In this document: positions 61,953-64,000 of the stretch, in pieces
How positions within the stretch are numbered: the stretch's first letter is position 1
Layout of the letters: each line of letters starts with the position of its first letter
DNA from: Folioceros fuciformis
Taxonomy: Eukaryota
DNA: 64,000 nucleotides
Assembly: GCA_049999805.1 (NCBI GenBank)
Contig: JBNGIO010006348.1
Span: 448,837 to 512,836 of the forward strand
Reading direction: 5' to 3'
Notes under the pieces: model-generated
What the model saw: the letters and a program-made list of their open reading frames with translations, nothing else
What the model was told of the DNA's origin: nothing
Databases searched by the model: none
Program-made: the position numbers and the translations under genes

Positions 61953-63095
61953 AACGAGAAACACTTATTTATGAAATTCTTTAATTGAACGAGATTATTT
62001 ATTTGATGGAGCATATTCATCATATCAATCACAATTAATATCTCAATTAAGCTTATTGTTGACCTGAAACTCAGTAGCGTCTTGATGAGGACATTGCCTC
62101 ATATTTTAGTATTACATTAAAAGTTCATGGGTTCTTCAAAATTAATATAGTATCAAAGATAGTCGTTAATTTTTTTTCTTGAAAAAAAGAAAGAAAGTCC
62201 TATTTGAGTCTCAAAGATCTGGAGAACAAACAACCCAATCTGAGGGGTATTAGCTCTTAGAACATCGTTCTCAAAATTATATATTGCTCTTAAAATATTC
62301 TTCTTTAATTTTTTTTAATATTTTTAAAATGTCATAATATAAAATAATAATGAAATAATAAAAGACCTACCTACTAAAGACTATATTGGTTAATATTCTT
62401 TGCAAAGGAATGGATATTTCTTTGCAAAGGAATGGATATGTTTTATTAAAAAAAACTACCACAAAGAAAGAAAGAGATTTATAAAAAACTCTAAGATTTT
62501 GGAGACAATAATTAAAATTTCTTCGTGTCAACCTAACGGGGGTCTTTGGGTTGTTCGTACAACTGTGGAGCCTCGAATCCCAAAATTAGTTGCAGGAGAA
62601 GGACGGATGAAGAGTCGCCACATGATAACCAAAAAATAGAAGTGGACGATTTAAAGTGCGTGTTGTGCCACGAAAGCGGATTGCTCGCAAACATTGCTGT
62701 CCGCGAGGGCCCCGCGGCGCCCTTGTTGCATAGGAGGCTGTAGGTAGTCAGTCGTCTCTGCTTCGTCACCCGAGCTTATGGAAAGAAGCGACACTTCCGT
62801 GCATGGTGTGTACACCTCCCATGGAGACCTGTAGCGTCAGCGGCCGAGGCGTGGAGAGAGCTCGAAGCGGGCGGCGAGCGGATGGCGCACTGACGCCGAG
62901 CTCAGTCTGTTTGGAGATTTGCAAGGTGAAGAATCTGGAGCTGCTGCTGCCGGTGCTGGTGCTGGTGCATCGTCGGACCTGATTTCTGCTGCAGCTCGCG
63001 GGTCCGCGCCGGGGCTGGTCGGAGCAGGGCTTCGCGGGCTGCAATGTGTTGGTAGGTGGTGAATTGGACCTCGGGAGCGCACGGGGTGTGAGGAG

Positions 63096-64000
63096 ATGGC
63101 GGACGCAGCCCCGGCCAGCCTAGGTGTCTCTCCTGCGCATGCCGGGGGAGGGGAGCTGGGAGATGGAATTGTGGAGGAGGAGGGCCGTGCGGGGAGCCAG
63201 GATCGTGATGGAGGCGTGGAGGAACGGACGCGTGCGGGCTTTGATGCTGCAGGCACGGCCGGGGACGAGGTTACGACGACGCGTGTACTGGTTCAAGAAG
63301 GCCGTGGTTCCGTGTCTGCCGTTACTCGGGAGGAGGACGAGGAGGGGGAGGAGGAGGTTCTTGGTCGGGAAACTGACGCATCGGAGGGGACGGGGTCTGG
63401 GAGGGTTGCGGATGGAGGGAGTTCGAGTGTGCGTCTGAAGGAGACTGTGCTGGAGACGTCTCCTGGAATGGAGGATCAGGTGGAGGTTGGGACGCTGGTT
63501 TGTGGCAAGGGCGGGGACGCAGTGGATGTGGAGTGCGGAATGGTGCAGGAGAGCTTGGACGACGGGGTTCTGTGTACAGGCGCCGCGAGCTTGGTAGACG
63601 GTGGGAGAAGCTTGGGAGATGCTGTGGATGTGGTTGTGGGAGAGGGGGAGGCTGGAGCGAGTGAAGGATTGCGGGGAGCCGTGAAGGGGGAAGGTGAAGT
63701 CGGAGCGGATGTTGTGGACGAGGTGCGGAGAGGGATCGTGGGTGGAAGCAGGACCGGTGGAGGTGGTGGATTCGGTGTCGACGGAAAGGATGGTGGGGAA
63801 GGAAAGGTTTGTGACAGACAGGGGTTGGAGGATGTGTGTTTAGACGAGCAGGAACAGGGCGAAGGTCGGAGTGCGGAGTTTGAGGAGGGAGCCGGACGTT
63901 CGACTGGAGAGTGTGTGGCTACTTTGATTTCGACGACCAGGACGGGGGAACAGAGTGTTGTGCACGGAGGTGGTGGATTCGGTGTTGAGGGAAAGGATGT
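63096..64000 (+). CDS. Acidic Gly/Glu/Val-rich protein N-terminus, runs off the window edge; product unknown
   Basis: ATG at 63096 (MADAAPASLGVSP...) stays open to the window end. It contains the internal repeat GGGGFGV(D/E)GKD at about 63759 and 63966. Confidence 0.6.
   Translation, partial: MADAAPASLGVSPAHAGGGELGDGIVEEEGRAGSQDRDGGVEERTRAGFDAAGTAGDEVTTTRVLVQEGRGSVSAVTREEDEEGEEEVLGRETDASEGTGSGRVADGGSSSVRLKETVLETSPGMEDQVEVGTLVCGKGGDAVDVECGMVQESLDDGVLCTGAASLVDGGRSLGDAVDVVVGEGEAGASEGLRGAVKGEGEVGADVVDEVRRGIVGGSRTGGGGGFGVDGKDGGEGKVCDRQGLEDVCLDEQEQGEGRSAEFEEGAGRSTGECVATLISTTRTGEQSVVHGGGGFGVEGKD

Overview
Gene-dense eukaryotic nuclear DNA with short GT-AG introns and five N gaps. The gene content points to a seed-free land plant with flagellated sperm (hornwort- or Selaginella-like; inferred from the sequence, not proven). 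In order, the window holds: an AT-rich CEP131/AZI1-like centriolar gene, bifunctional BIO3-BIO1, a six-finger DAZ1-like C2H2/EAR repressor, a HUA1-like CCCH protein, a DUF4228/PADRE protein, importin-alpha, a bacterial-type DUF2064/TIGR04282 glycosyltransferase-like gene, an ARM-repeat protein, an ABCC/MRP transporter and RED/SMU2. A ~10 kb decayed transposon island follows (Gag, two CCHC knuckles and a protease, no RT visible). After it come a PI-PLC X-domain protein, intronless L-2-hydroxyglutarate dehydrogenase, KONJAC/GMPPA and the start of an acidic Gly-rich ORF. The most notable observations are the intron-bearing DUF2064 gene with an altered C-terminal acidic motif, two sperm-programme genes within 14 kb (one in a TE-like AT-rich, CpG-poor island), a decayed zinc-finger exon inside the HUA1-like gene, and a Gag-protease-only retroelement with duplicated PPT/LTR-start motifs. 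All gene identities come from motif recognition; no searches were run.
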